From Octopus vulgaris (taxonomy: Eukaryota): 64,000 nucleotides of DNA. A program made the position numbers and the translations under genes. Below, in pieces: positions 12,047 to 26,417 of the stretch; the first letter of the stretch is position 1; each line of letters starts with the position of its first letter. The notes under the pieces were generated by a model that did no database searches, was not told where the DNA came from, and was given only the letters and a program-made list of their open reading frames with translations. Where the stretch lies: the NCBI GenBank assembly GCA_951406725.2, contig OX597828.1:38688001-38752000 (forward strand), read 5' to 3'.

Positions 12047-12049
<3 letters not shown>

Positions 12050-12087
<38 letters not shown>

Positions 12088-12360
12088 ATAAGTATATACA
12101 TATACACAGACACAGACACACGCACACATACACATATGCACATGCACATATACACTCACATGTGGTGTGTGTGTGTGTATGTGTCTGTATAAGTATATAC
12201 GTGTACATAGATGCAGACACAAACACATACACACCCATGCACATGCACAAATACACTCACATGTGGTGTGTGTGTGTGTGTGTGTGTGTGTATAAGTATA
12301 TACATATACACAGACACAAATACACACACATGCACATGCACAAATACACTCACATGTGGT

Positions 12361-12403
<43 letters not shown>
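12050..12403. repeat. compound (TG)n/(CA)n array with a ~120-bp higher-order unit
   Basis: tataagtatatac..cacatgcaca..atacactcacatgtggtgtg occurs three times. Confidence 0.8.
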
Positions 12404-12406
<3 letters not shown>

Positions 12407-12927
12407 GAAATAAGGAATGAAAAAACATGCAGGAAGTTAGATAGATTGGCAGTCAAGTAGGTAGATAGGTAAACCTAGGAGTAGGTGAGTTGAAAAGCAG
12501 GCAAACAGGCAGACAGGCTGACAAGCAGGCAGGAAAGGCAGGCAAGAAGGCAGGCAAGCATAAATGCAGACAAGCAGGCAGGTGGATTCAGATGTGTGTG
12601 TGTGTGTTCAGAGAGCTATACAGGTGAATTTTAAAAAATAACATAGTGATAAAAAAAAATAAAGAAAGAACAATATTAGCCAATAACTAGTAGCATTATT
12701 TTCATTTTCTTAGGAAGTACCAAAGAAAACTCCCAACATATTTCAGCCTTATTCTGACTTCATCAGTGACGCATAGACTTCATTATACTTACTGAAGTAG
12801 AAATAAAGAAATCACAAAGTATATTTGTTGGTGCTCAGAAAATAAATAATTCAGAGAGTCCATCTGCATGAAAAGTAACAGTTAAATGATAGTATGTTTA
12901 ATTCATGAGATATGATATGGCTAAGTT

Positions 12928-13748
12928 CATCATCATCATCATCATCATTTAACGTCTGTTATCAATGTTGGCATGGGTTGGATGATTTGACTGGGCTGGC
13001 ATGTGGGAAGGCTGCACCAGACTCCAGTCTGATTTGGCATGGTTTTCTACAGCAGAATGCTCTTCCTGATGCCACCCACTCCAAGAGTGTAATGGGTGCC
13101 TTTATGTGCCACCAGCACAGGTGCCATTGGTGTGACACCGGTGTGCATTTACATGGTACTGGCACATGTGCCAATTTGCGTGACATCAATATCTGTCATG
13201 ATTGTGGTTTTGCTCAGCTTGATGGGTCTTCTTCTCAAGCACGACAAAATGCCAAAGGTTTCGGTCATTGCCTCTCTGTGAGGCTCAACACTCAAGAGGA
13301 ACTCAGCCACTTTGTCTCTGTCAGGCCCAATGCTCAAAAGGAACTCAGCCACTTTGCCTCTGTCAGGCCCAATGCTTGAAAAGAATTCAACCACTTTACC
13401 TCTGTCAGGCCCAATGCTTGACAGGAACTCAGCTACTTTGCCTCTATGAGGCCCAACATTCAAAAGATGTTCTTTACATACCACCAGCATGGATGTACTT
13501 GGCTTGACAGGGCCTCTCAAGCACAGTACACCGCCAAAGGTCTCAGTCACCAGTCATTGCCTCCGTGAGGCTTAAAGTTCAAAGATCATGCTTCACCACC
13601 TCATCCCATGTCTTCCTAGGTCTACCTCTACCACAGATTCCCTCCACAGTTAGAGATCAGCACTTCTTTACACAGCTGTCCTCGTCCATATGCATCACAT
13701 GACCATACCAGCACAGCCATCTCTCTTGCACACCACACCTGATTCCTG
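12928..13748 (-). mobile_element. RTE LINE 3' end with a ~41-bp tandem repeat in the 3'UTR
   Basis: Minus strand W+W+GHV..GRGRPRKTWDEVVKHDL; (CAT)n at the left end; 4-5 copies of cctctgtcaggcccaatgct..ggaactcagccacttt. Confidence 0.75.
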
Positions 13749-14072
13749 CATAATTTTAAAGTTATTCATTATATTCAGTATTTAAGCTATTTCTAATTAT
13801 ATAACTGTAATCATGAAGGGCAATCATGCTATGTACTAGAGAATAATGTACATGCATATATGTGGACAGAGAGATAGTTTTTAAATTGGTAGTTATTCAT
13901 GCTTAATACAAAGAAAACAAATTAAGTATATTTGTTGTACAGGCCTTATATCAGTTGATGTTGACATACATACATACATCACAGGCTGATAGACTAACAA
14001 TGTGTGGGTATGTTGGTGTGTATATGTTCAAGTGGATGTGTAATACTGCATGAGTATACATATATTTATATA

Positions 14073-14745
14073 CTAGCTGGTGTACCCGGTAATTCCCGGG
14101 GTTAAAGATGTTCTATTGAAACACCTTATTACTCTGATATAAGAAAGCAGTTTCGTTATAACTGCCACAAATGGTGTATTTTCCATCACAAAAAAATACA
14201 AAAACTGTCAGCTGGAGGAGGGAGAGATTGTTGGAGGTTGGCGAGAGAGGTATTTGGAGGTTGGCGAAAAAGATTGTTGAAAGTTGGTGAGAGAAGTTGG
14301 CGCAGGTTGACAAGAGAGGTCATCAGAGATTGTCTAGAGAGGTCATCGGATGTTATCTAGAGAGGTTGTCAGAGGTTGTCGAGAGAGGTTTTCGGAGGTT
14401 GGCGAGAGAGGTTGTCGTTCACAGAAAAACTATTGTTTTACCATGAGAAAAGTGCTGTTGAAATGTTAAGTGAAATTTGGCAATCGTGGATCAAATCCAC
14501 ACTATGCCTGCATGAAGCCACTACAAATACGTTGTGGAAAAAAAAAATTATCTACTGTCATGGAGAAAGTGCAACTGTAAAAATGCAGAATTATCGGAGT
14601 AATGGGCATTCAAAAGGTATGTATGTATAGAAATGTATGAATGAAGTATTAAGGAGGTGCAATAGTAATGTTTAGTAGTTCAAACCTATGAGTAGGGAAA
14701 TGCAGGATTAGGTTGGCTGATCGTGAGAATCAAAAATATTTATCG
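14073..14745 (-). mobile_element. non-autonomous Helitron (3' end defined, 5' end approximate)
   Basis: Minus strand ends CCCGG gaatta CCGGG tacaccag CTAG|T; internal (gagaggttggcga)-like repeats. Confidence 0.55.
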
Positions 14746-15183
14746 CATCACTAAAAACTGCAGGTCCAATTTTCCATGTTTGCATGGGTCAGATGGAATA
14801 TATTCAGGCAGATTTTATTATACAGCCCAATGCCCTTCTTGCCACCAATCCACATCTATTTCCATTCCAAGTAGGTTAAAACTTCCTCATGGCCAGACAC
14901 TGCTTGCAATTACATTGACACTAGTTTTATAACTATCATGCCATTTCAAGGCAAGGAGACAGTACTCCTACACACAAACACACACCTGCACACATGCATG
15001 CACACACACACACAAATTTATACATATGCAACAAACCTTTTTCATGTTTCATCTAACAAAACTATTCACAAAGTTTTGGTCCGCTGTGCAAAAGACAGCC
15101 AGTTTCTACATTGTAAGGCTGAACCTGGAACCAAACTGCTTACCACAGCACCATGCCAGCACCTATATATATATATATATATA

Positions 15184-15636
15184 TTCGCAAATTCGATGAC
15201 TGGCACCCATGCCAGTGGAGTGCTAAGAGCACTAGTGTGATTGCTGCCAGAGCAGCTGACTGGCTTCCATGCTGGTGGCACATAAAAGGCACCATTCAAA
15301 TGGGATCGCCTTACTGGTACTTGTGCCAGTGACACATGAAAAACATTTGAGTGAGGTCATTGCCAGTGCCACTGGACTGGCTCCTGTGCAGGTGGCATGT
15401 AAAAAACACTGCTTGGGCATGGCTGTTGCCAGTACCGCCTGATTGGCCCTTGTGCTGGTGGCACGTAAAAGCACCCACTATACTCTCAGAGTGGTTGGCG
15501 TTAGGAAGTGCATCCAGCTGTAGAAACTCTGCCAGATCAGATTGGAGCCTGGTGCAGCCATCTAGTTCACCAGTCCTAAGTCAAATCGTCCAACCCATGC
15601 TAGCATGGAAAGCAGACGTTAAACAATAATGATGAT
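15184..15636 (+). mobile_element. RTE 3'UTR fragment
   Basis: Repeated gtgc..gtggcac hairpins and terminal cccatgctagcatggaaagc..gttaaac(GAT)n; similar at 9340, 34750, 40408 and 55127. Confidence 0.8.
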
Positions 15637-15822
15637 ATTCACTATATTAAGGGCTATCACTACACATAAATGCCTCAAGCTGGAGAAGTCAAACTACTAT
15701 TTAAAGGGAAAATTATATATTTTGCATTAATTTTTTTTCCTGAACTGGTTCTTCATACTGGCTACTTCTTATATAGATTTTATCCTTACATTATATATAT
15801 AAATATAAACATGCGTATATGA

Positions 15823-16020
15823 TGAGGTGCTGAAAAGTTCCTAGTTTTAAGGGTATTGCAAAAGACTTGGTTGAAGGTCCAACCTTCTGAGTTCTTTTAC
15901 AGGGCTTAGAAAAACTGATGGATTGCTGCAATAAGTGTGTGAATCTGAGAAGGGAATATATTGAATTAAATCATAATTAACTGATTCTCCTGTATTTTTT
16001 TTTACCCAGAGCCAGGAAAC
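15823..16020 (+). mobile_element. mariner-derived MITE
   Basis: gaggtgctgaaaagttcct...agccaggaa; right end interrupted by the mariner element. Confidence 0.6.
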
Positions 16021-16021
16021 A

Positions 16022-17256
16022 TTGGGTCATCCCATAGATAATGCGGTTTTTTCAGTTGCATGAACTAAAAGTCAGAGTGTTAGGGGATAAATTACCTGCA
16101 TCAACTTGATATAAAAGCAAGTAGTAATTTTATCATGTTCTTATCCTTAGTGCAAGTTTTGAAGAGTGCAGTTCGATTTTAACAGTTATTTTTCAAAGCT
16201 ATAATGGAAGTGACAAAGGAGCTCAATAAAGGCAACAACGCACCAGAAAGTGCGAGGAATATTAATGCAGTATATGGAGATCGGACAATAAGCTTAAGCT
16301 AGTGTCAACGATGGTTCCAGAAATTCTGAGCTGAAAACTACAGCCTAGAAGATGAGCCTCATCCTGGAATTCTGTAGAGCTCAACGAGGATGTCCTGCAA
16401 AGCCTAGTGGAACAAAATCCTATTGTAACTGCTGAGGAACTTGCAGAGAAGTTTGGATTTGGTCATTGACATCTGCATGCCATTGGAAAAGTCAGCAAAT
16501 TGGGTCAATGGGTTCCTCACAAACTTTCTGAGTCTAATTACACACAGAGAATGAATTTGTGGTCTTTTTTTTGTCATGTCTCATGAATGAACTTTTTTTG
16601 GATTGAAAAGTGACTGGTGATGAGAAATGGGTTCTCTATAAAAATCTCAAGTGCTGAAGACAGTGGGTAGGGAAAGCATAAATACCAGCACCCCAGGCTA
16701 AAGAAGGTCTTCACCCACATAAGATGTTGTTATCTGTTTGGTGGGATATGAAAGGTTTAGTCCACTTTGAAATTTTAATCCCAAACCAAATGTTAACAAA
16801 GGAGATTGACTGCATGTAACTAGAATGGCTTAAGTCAGTGCTAGAAGGAAAACGACCACCTTTGGTTTCGAGATGAAAGGTATTCTTCTATCGGCCTCAT
16901 ACAACAAGGATGACATTCCAAAAGCTGAAGCAGTTTGAATGGGAAACGATGTCCCACTCACCATATTCACTGGACATTGCCCCATCTGATTATCATTTAT
17001 TCCACAGTCCTCAAAATCATTTGGATGGGAAAAATATGAATTCTGTAGACAAAATCAGAACAGTACTGGAGGAGTATTTTTCGTTATGGACAAGTGAATT
17101 TTGGAAGCGAGGCCTTGCAAGTCTACCAGATAGATGGAAGAGCATTGTAGATTTAAAGAGCATTGTAGATTAAAAAAAAAAAAAACTTTGTTTATCTTAT
17201 TTTTGAAAACTAAAAAAAAATATAAAAAGAACCACATTATTTATGGGATGACCACA
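16022..17256 (+). mobile_element. full-length degenerate mariner transposon (DD34D), transposase pseudogene
   Basis: TIRs ttgggtcatcccatagataatgcggttt / aaccacattatttatgggatgacc; motifs WVPHKL, TGDEKW, HSPYSLDIAPSDYHLF; many stops and frameshifts. Confidence 0.9.
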
Positions 17257-17578
17257 CATACATTTATGTGTGTGTGTGTGTGTGTGTGCGTGCGCGTGTG
17301 TTATCTATTTAAAAAGATGACCTTTTAACACTGCATCTCATTCAGTCAACAAAATATGCTCAGAGCTTCCGTAGAGTGTACAGCATATAGATTTCCTTGA
17401 CCTTTAGTTGATATGAGCTACATTTTACCATGTTCGTTAGTCTATCAACCTACACTTCCTAGAATGAGTGTATGTTTAGTGCACATGGCAATTCCTCACA
17501 TGTGGAACAATAAATGGTTTGAAAGAGCTCTGCATTCATGTGAAACTCTATTTCAAATTTAAGGCTATCTTTTTCTAG

Positions 17579-17628
17579 CAAAAACTGTCTGACAAACGGC
17601 AACACGAAACTCAGAGTAACAGGTTTTG
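17579..17628 (+). ncRNA. minimal type-I hammerhead-like motif (G8 mutated) in a Penelope-like 3' end
   Basis: CAAAAACTGT-CTGACAA-ACGgcaacaC-GAA-ACTCAGAGT-A-ACAGGTTTTG: helix I 9/10 bp, GUA cleavage triplet; downstream 17628-17726 recurs at 8965-9066. Confidence 0.6.
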
Positions 17629-17726
17629 TTGAATTTTCTGCTGCTTTAAATAAAGCATATTACTCTACCACTGGTATTTGAGTACTCTTTTTTCCACCTT
17701 GTTTCACATTTATGTGTTTACTCCGG

Positions 17727-17779
<53 letters not shown>

Positions 17780-18039
17780 TTGTGTGTCTGTGTTTGTCCT
17801 CCCAATATCGCTTGACAACTGATGCTGGTGTGTTTACGTCCTCATAACTTAGCGGTTCAGCAAAAGAGACCAATAGAATAAGTACTAGGCTTACAAAGAA
17901 TAAGTCCTGGGGTCGATTTGCTCGACTAAAGGTGGTACTTCAGCATGGCCACAGTCACATGACTGAAACAAGTAAAAGAGTAAAAGAGTAAAAGAGTAAA
18001 AAGTACACGATTTCAAAAGGAAAGGCGTAGTTGTGTCAA

Positions 18040-18200
18040 AATGTGACAAAAATTATTGTCATGTTTGCTGACAGTTGAACAAAAGGAGAGATTGATTCAG
18101 AATCAGTCAGAAAATACTTGATCATTTAATACTGGTGAAATTTTTATGGGAAGAGTTTTGACAGGTGATGAAATGTGGGCGTGCAACTACAATATTTGGG
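18040..18200 (+). pseudogene. very degenerate mariner transposase fragment
   Basis: LLTVEQKER and RVLTGDEMW remnants. Confidence 0.4.
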
Positions 18201-19170
18201 TCAGCATTGCAGCAACCATAAAAAAAGTATGTCAGAGTTGCCCAATGGCAAGGTGATCTTTCTTTTGTTGTTGTTGTTGCTGTGGCTGTCATTGTTGTAT
18301 TTATAAGTAATTTGGAAAGGGTAGAATGCTGAGTTAATAGACATTATATCTAAGACGTCTCATTGGACAAAACGGAATAGGCATTGCTCTGGAGGATGGT
18401 AAGGGTAACATACTGGAACATCCCCTCCAAATTACAGGGCTTGCACTTGTGAATATCCCTTTTTTACCCTCACAACAGTGAGTAGGGTTACAGTCAGGGT
18501 TTGCGGGGCAAGAACACCAGAGATCTCCACTGCCATAAGATCAACCACAAATCTCTCAGAGAGAGGAGTTGATGCTTTGTCAATTTGCCCTTCTCAGCTT
18601 GACAAGCAGTGAAGCTCAGGCTGGCAGCCAAACACACCAGGTGGATGCTGGAGGTGGCACAGCATGTAGCATCCCACATAAAGGGCTTACCCCTGTGAAC
18701 AGAAAAATTGTCATGCCATCTAGCCTTTTACCATCTCCTCTCTCTACCCCTGATGGTTCAAGCTGAGAGGAGAAGCCTGAGGTGCCTAGGCCATGTTTTA
18801 TAATCTTTTTTATATTTTTTACTTACTTCAATCATTGGACCATAGCTATTCTGTTGCACAGCCTTGCAAGGAATTTGGTCAAACAAACTGACCCCAGTAT
18901 ATATTCTTATAAATCTTGTACTTATCCTATTGATTTCTTTCATTGAACTTCTAATTAACAGGGATGTAAACAAACCAACTCCAGTTGTCAAGAAATTGTT
19001 GAGGTGCAGGCAAACACATATATATGCACACATACACCCACACACATACATAAAACATAAATACATACTTATACACATGCATACATACATAAAACATAAA
19101 CACATAGACACATGCATACATAAAGCATAAACACATACACACACAAATACGCATAAAACATAAACACATA

Positions 19171-19570
19171 GGTGCAGGAGTGGCTGTGTGGTAAGCAGCT
19201 TGCTTACCAACCACATGGTTCCGGGTTCAGTCCCACTGCGTGGCACCTTGGGCAAGTGTCTTCTACTATAGCCTCGGGCTGACGAAAGCCTTGTGAGTGG
19301 ATTTGGTAAACGGAAACTGAAAGAAGCCCATCATATATATGTATATATATGTGTGTGTGTGTTTGTGTGTCTGTGTTTGTCCCCCCAACATTGCATGACA
19401 ACCGATGCTGGTGTGTTTACGTCCCCATAACTTAGCGGTTCGGCAAAAGAGCCTGATAGAATAATTATTAGGCTTACAAAGAATAAGTCCTGGGATCGAT
19501 TTGCTCGACTAAAGGTGGTGCTCCAGCATGGCCACAGTCAAATGACTGAAACACGTAAAAGAGTAAAAGA
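19171..19570 (+). mobile_element. full-length SINE family A
   Basis: ggtgcaggagtggctgtgtggtaag head through the gtaaaagagtaaaaga tail. Confidence 0.85.
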
Positions 19571-21489
19571 CATACTTACACACACACACATACATAAACT
19601 ATGTGTGTATGTGAATGCATGTATGCATATATGGATGGGCTTTCTATGTATGTGTGTGTGTGTGTGTGCATGCATGCACATGTGTGAATGCATATTTGTG
19701 TGAAATGTATACTGCACTTTTATCTTAGCTCCCTAAACCCCACCCACAAATAATAAACCCGAACAACGGCGGTGCATCAGCATGGCCACAGCTCTGAGCT
19801 GAAACTAGAAAAGAAAAACAAAAAAAATCCAATTGTTACTTGAAGGTTGGCATTCAATTTGAGCCAGTGACCTTTCCTGAGATGACCTGATCTGATCTCC
19901 TGGCCCTGCGTCAGAGTCTAAAGATAATTGTAAATGATTAAAACAGGGAATGGCCAGCATTATTTTATTTGTGAAGAAATTAAAGTTAATTAAATGGTTT
20001 GTTAAATTACGAGTTAGACAGTTGGAAGTACATGTAGTGGCAATGGTGGTAATGGCAATGATGGTGGTGGTGACGGCGGTGATGGTTGTAATGGTGGTGG
20101 TCGAGATGGTGGTGGTGGTGGTGGTGGTGGTGGTGATGGTGGTGTGTGTGTGTGGGTGTGTAGGGAGATGAGATGAGGGTGGGTGTATGAGAGAAAAATG
20201 AAAAAAGAAAGAAAAAAGTAAGCAAGCAAGCAAGCAAGAAAGAAAGAAACAAACAAACAAACAAACAAACAAAAAAGAAAGGTAGTAAATCACAATGAAC
20301 TGCAGATGTGTATATAACCGTATGTATGGTGGTGTATGTGTGCGTGTATGGTATTGTATATACATGCATGTGTATTACACACATACACACACACTCATAT
20401 ATATATAGATTATATATATGATGGTATATGTGTGTGTGTGTGTATGGAATGTATATCTGTATGTATGTACGTATGTATGTATGTATGTATGTATGTATGT
20501 ATCTATGCATATGTGTATGGTAGTGTATACATGTATTTGTTGTGAGTGTTTGTATGTACGCCTACATGGCATGTAGAGAGAAGAGGGCAAGAGCCATAGA
20601 GTTGAGAGAAGGGGGAGAGTTGAAGTGGGAGGAAGAACTGAAGAGAGAGTAGGCAAGAGGGTGGGGAAGTAGGTGAGTTCCTGCTACTGAAAGAGGAGGG
20701 GGTAGGGTTAAGATAGATGAATAAGGTGGGGGGGCGGGGCAGAGGAAAGCAGGAATATCACAAAACAAAGGAAAATTTTTTCTTTTAATTACATCCAAGA
20801 GCAAGGTGTTCCAAAATATGTGGGTGGGGTTGATTTAGCAAAAGCAAAACCTTTTAAAAAATTTTTGTTATTCAAGGAAATAACAGATGCTAGATGAATA
20901 ACAAACAATCCATGTGCCAGCCAATATGAGAGAACCTCTATTCTATGTAATCAATCGACTGTTAGAAATAGCAACGAGATTTTCCTCAAACAACTCTTGT
21001 TACAATAACATACATATACAAAGGCCTATTACCCATTTTTTTTTTTTTTAGGAAAGGGTTGCAACAACAAGACACACACCAGGCATTTTTATTCATTTCC
21101 CAGCTCAAAGAGGTGAACCCCGTGCTGTGCTCGGGTCAAAGTACAGAACGCAAGCCCCAATATCAGCAGATATGTGGTTGGTAAGCGAGCTGCTTACCAC
21201 ACAGCCACTCCTGCGCCTATGTGTTAATGTTTTATGCGTATGTGTGTGTGTAAGTATGTGTTTATGCTTTATGTATGTGCGTGTGTATGTGTTTATGTTT
21301 TATGTATGTATGCATGTGTGTAAGTATGTATTTATGTTTTATGTATGTGTGTGTGTGGGTGTATGTGTGCATATATATGTGTTTGCCTGCACTCCAACAA
21401 TTTCTTGACAACTGGTGTTGGTTTGTTTACATCCCTGTTAATATCGACAGCATATGCTGGTTTACCCCTGCCACATCATGCTGGTTCTG

Positions 21490-22470
21490 TACCCCTTTGA
21501 GTAACATCATCCATTCCATCTCTCGAACATCTCATCACCTTACTCTTAGCTACATTCACTTCCAGTTTCCTCCTCTCACACACTCTTCCAAACTCAACTA
21601 CCAGTCTCCTCAGTTGCTCTTCCAAATCCACCACCAGTACTGTATTATCTACAAACAACAACTGACTCACCTGTCATTTCTCTCCATTTGCTCCCACCAT
21701 TTGCGCTCCCCTACCAAGAGCTCTAGCATTTACCTCTCTCACCACACCATCCATATATAAATTAAACAGCCACGGAGACACCACACAACCTTGTCTTAGC
21801 CCCACCTTCACATCAAACCACTTACTTACTTCACCACCCACTCTAGCGCACACCCTGCTTTCGCTATAAAAAGAAGCCAGACTCCCATCCAGCCACAGGT
21901 GAAGGCTGGATGGGAGACAACAGCCATGGAGACATCACGCAACCTTGTCTTAACACCTTTTTTTCAATTCCTCATTCAGTACATCACCAACTACAGGTTT
22001 TAACAAGATTCCTACCGTTGGTTCTCTTGATTTATTTCCTTTAGGTCAATATATTTATTTTAATTACACCTATTTTAGTGTTTTCAAAATGACCTCTGGC
22101 TATTTTGTTAGTTGATGTCCATTTTGAAAATGTCAAGTATGCCTGTTGTGGGTCTTGAGCTCCTCTCATCATCTGTTGTTAGCCATGTAGATCCTGGTGT
22201 AGTTCCTGAGTTCCTCTCATATCTTTTGAAGGGCCAGAGATCCTCTGAACATCTATTCTGAGAAGCCAGAATCCCATCCAGCCACAGGTATCGGCTGGAT
22301 GGGAGACAACAGCCACAGAGACATAACACAACCTTGTCTTACCCCCACCTTTACATCAAACCACTCACTTACTTCACCACCCACCCTAGCACATGCCCTA
22401 CTTTCCCTATAAAAACTCTGAATAGCTCTCAACAACCTACCATCTACTCCATACAACTGCAACACCTGGT
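21490..22470 (-). mobile_element. rearranged RTE reverse-transcriptase fragments
   Basis: QLLFVDNTVLVVDLEEQLRRLV..LEVNVAKSKVM (FADD region) and SEWFDVKVGVRQGCVMSLWL. Confidence 0.75.
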
Positions 22471-23247
22471 CCTGGCTATGACTATAAACTACATCTGGTA
22501 GTGGGACCCTGGGGCCCTGATTACAGGGTTTGAGGAGTGTGGAACCACCTCTTGGCCACTATTGTTCCCAGGTCTACTCTGGCCTGGAGTGGTAGCACCT
22601 GTAAGGGTCTCAGCTATGGGAAAAAGAATAAAAGGGAGATAATATGGGAGGGGGGAATATGCAGAAAGGTGTAGAGAAAAGGACAAAGAGGGATGAAGAC
22701 AGGAGGATGGCAAGAGGAAAAAAGAAAGAAATAAAGAGGAAGAAAGAGAGAGAAAGTTTAAGGAAAAGAAAGCAAGAGAGAAACAGGAAATTGAGCAAAT
22801 GAGAAAAAGAGAGAGGGAGAAAGGAGAGAGAGAGATCGATGCCAAGTTAGAGAGGAGGGGAAAATAGTGAAAATTAATGTGAAAGACGTGGTTATTCTAG
22901 TTTAAACTCGTTCAATTAAAATGAATGAATTTCTACTTGAATTCACTCAAAGAGAGAACTTAAAAGTACAAGGAAAAAAAATTGAGATTCATTTTTTGGA
23001 AGCCATAAGGTAATATAGTAATTTCTTATATTAATTAGCACAAGGTCATAAAACTATGGGTATGGAGATAATTGATTATTTTAATAATTAATATATAACT
23101 GATATTGTTTTTTGTTTTTAATTTCATTGTTTATGGCAGTATTTAAATTCCAAACAAGCAGGAATCTTAATGAAAGACATCAAAGCATTTTAAATGACAC
23201 TATTAATTCTGCTATCCACAATGTAATACTATAAGGTACTACAGCAG

Positions 23248-23705
23248 CATCATCATCATCATCATCATCATCGTTTAACATCTGCCTTCCATGCTAGCAT
23301 GGGTAGAACAGTTTGACAAGAGCCAGCCAGGCAGAGGCCTGCACCAGACTTCTGTAATTGTTTTGGCAGGATTTTTACAACTGGATGCCCTTCCAAATGC
23401 CAACCACTCAGCAGAGTGGGCTTAATGCTTTTTTCGTGGCACAAGCACAGGCAAGGTCAGTTTTGGCAAGGTAAGGTTTTTACAGCTGGATGCCCTTCCT
23501 AACATCAACCACTTTACAGTGTGGACTGAGCACTTTTTAAGTGGCTCCTGCACTGACAGGGTCTCCAAGTACTTGCAAGACGGAAAAACTCTTTTGAGAG
23601 GGGGCATTGGAGAAGATGACCTTGTGTCGGATGATGAAAGGTTATAGTGAGACAGAGAGACAGGAACAGGTGTTTTGTTGTAGAGGAGGTACATGGTTAC
23701 CTGTC

Positions 23706-23746
<41 letters not shown>

Positions 23747-23945
23747 AGGGAGAGAGAGTGAGTGAAAGAGATCAGGAATGAAGACAGAAACAGGTGCACA
23801 GCTGAAAATGGAATATCTGGTTACCCAACTTGTGGGAAGTGTAGGAGAAGGAGAGAGAGCGAGAGTGGGAGGCAGCAGAAAAGAGATGGTGGCAAAGTAC
23901 CAGGCATATTCACAAGGGACAGGGATCAGAATATAAATGGGATCC
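23248..23945 (-). mobile_element. second RTE-type 3'UTR family with (GAT)n tail
   Basis: Collinear with 59022-59780 and 5770-6022; shares the tggatgcccttcctaac segment with RTE 3'UTRs. Confidence 0.65.
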
Positions 23946-24153
23946 CCGTCCCTTTCTAACTTAAACAGGTCACAAATACTGGTTTCAAATTTTGACACAA
24001 GGCCATCATTTTCAGGGGAAGGGTAAATCAATTACATTGACCTCAGTACTCAGCTGGTACTTATTTTATTGACCTCAAAAGGATGAAAGGCAAAGTTGAC
24101 CTTGGCAGAATTTGAACTCCATACACAAAGACAGACAAAATGTCATGAAGCAT

Positions 24154-24155
<2 letters not shown>

Positions 24156-24203
<48 letters not shown>

Positions 24204-24366
24204 TGTGTACAGTGCTCAGGTGCACTACAACTCATCTAAAGTGTATATATAATCAGGTGTAGTTTCGGCGGATTTCAGAAAGCATGAGGGCCTTAAAGGA
24301 TGCAGTGTCATGGCAGTCAACAACTGACGCAGGCAGTTTATTCCATGCTTCAGCAACTCTGAGCGG
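24156..24366 (-). mobile_element. CR1-like LINE 3' tail with (AAT)n
   Basis: Matches the 3' ends at 28730-28975 and 35095-35340. Confidence 0.7.
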
Positions 24367-25788
24367 GAGTTATTAACATTTCCCTGGCATGTTAATGATT
24401 TTGCCAGGTTGCACATTGGTTTCAAATACTGGTACAAGGACAGCAATTTTAGGGAAGTGGGTAAGTCAATCGCATTGACTTTAGGGCTCAACTGTAACTT
24501 ATTTTATCAACACCAAAAGGATGAAAGGCAAAGTCAACCTCAGTGGAATTTGAACTCAGAATGGGAAGACAAATGAAACGCTGCTAAGCATTCACCCAGC
24601 ATCTTTTATCTTCTATCTTTTACTTGTTTCAGTCATGAGACTGCGGCCATGCTGGGGCACCACCTTAAAGAACTTTTAGTTGAATGAATTGACCCCAGGG
24701 CTTATTGTTTTAAGCCTGGTACTTATTCTGTCAATCTCTTTTGCTGAACCGCCAAGTTACAGAGATGCAAACACACCAACACTGGTTGTAAAGCAATGAT
24801 GGGGGACAACACAAACACAATTAGAATTTTTATATTAAATGCCCATAACAATTTTTTTAAATGTTCCAAACTTTTGGCCATGACTGTATATATATATACA
24901 CACACACACTACACACACTCAAGTACACACATATATAATGGGCTTCTTTCAGTTTCCAACTCTCCCAAATCCACTCATATATGCATGTATGTAAGTATGT
25001 ATGTACGTATGTATATATGTGTATGTATATATATGTGAATGTATGTATGTATGTATGTATGTATGCATGCATGCATGCATGTATGTACATATATATGTAT
25101 AAAGTACAAAACAAGTACTGAGATATATTTAATCAACTGACACGGGTGTCATCCAAGCGGCTTCAAGCCAGAAGCCATTAATGGAAACCTATCTTGCACC
25201 TTAAGAGTAGAGAAGGGCGTAACCCCAACAGTCATAGTATCCCTGAAAAGAGCAGTGATATAATTAGTGGAGCAATGTTGTGTAATTCTATAATTAATGT
25301 AACGATTGGTACATTTGTCTGTCATTGTCCTTGGCATTAGTTGACAAAAGAGGTATATCTAGAAATATATACATTTCCATTTGAATATTTCTCTCAATGA
25401 AAATTAATTTTCATTTAAATTTCACACATGGGACAATTTGTCAGGGTCACCAAGTCAGAGGGCCACAAAGGTCCACAGAAAAAGAAAATAATGTATTACG
25501 CTATAATCTATTAAGTGTATAGGGAATATGCTTAGAATTGCTGTGAAAATTACTTTGAATATAGGTTACTAGGTCATGTATATGTACTTTCTGTCTATCT
25601 ATCTATCTATATCTACCTCGCAAATTGTTTATGTCAATTACATAAATATATATAAATGTGTTGGGGTGGGGTAGATGGATGGATGGATGGATAGCTCGAC
25701 AAATTTAACAAAGGTAAGTTATGTGGTAAATAGCTACCAACTTTCTAAGCTAGGATTCGAAAACTTAACCATATTTTTTTCCACAACT

Positions 25789-26417
<629 letters not shown>

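Noticed and set aside
22108-22252. Possible exon RCSEDLWPFKRY...
   Set aside because: No recognisable homology or clear splice sites; lies among rearranged RTE fragments
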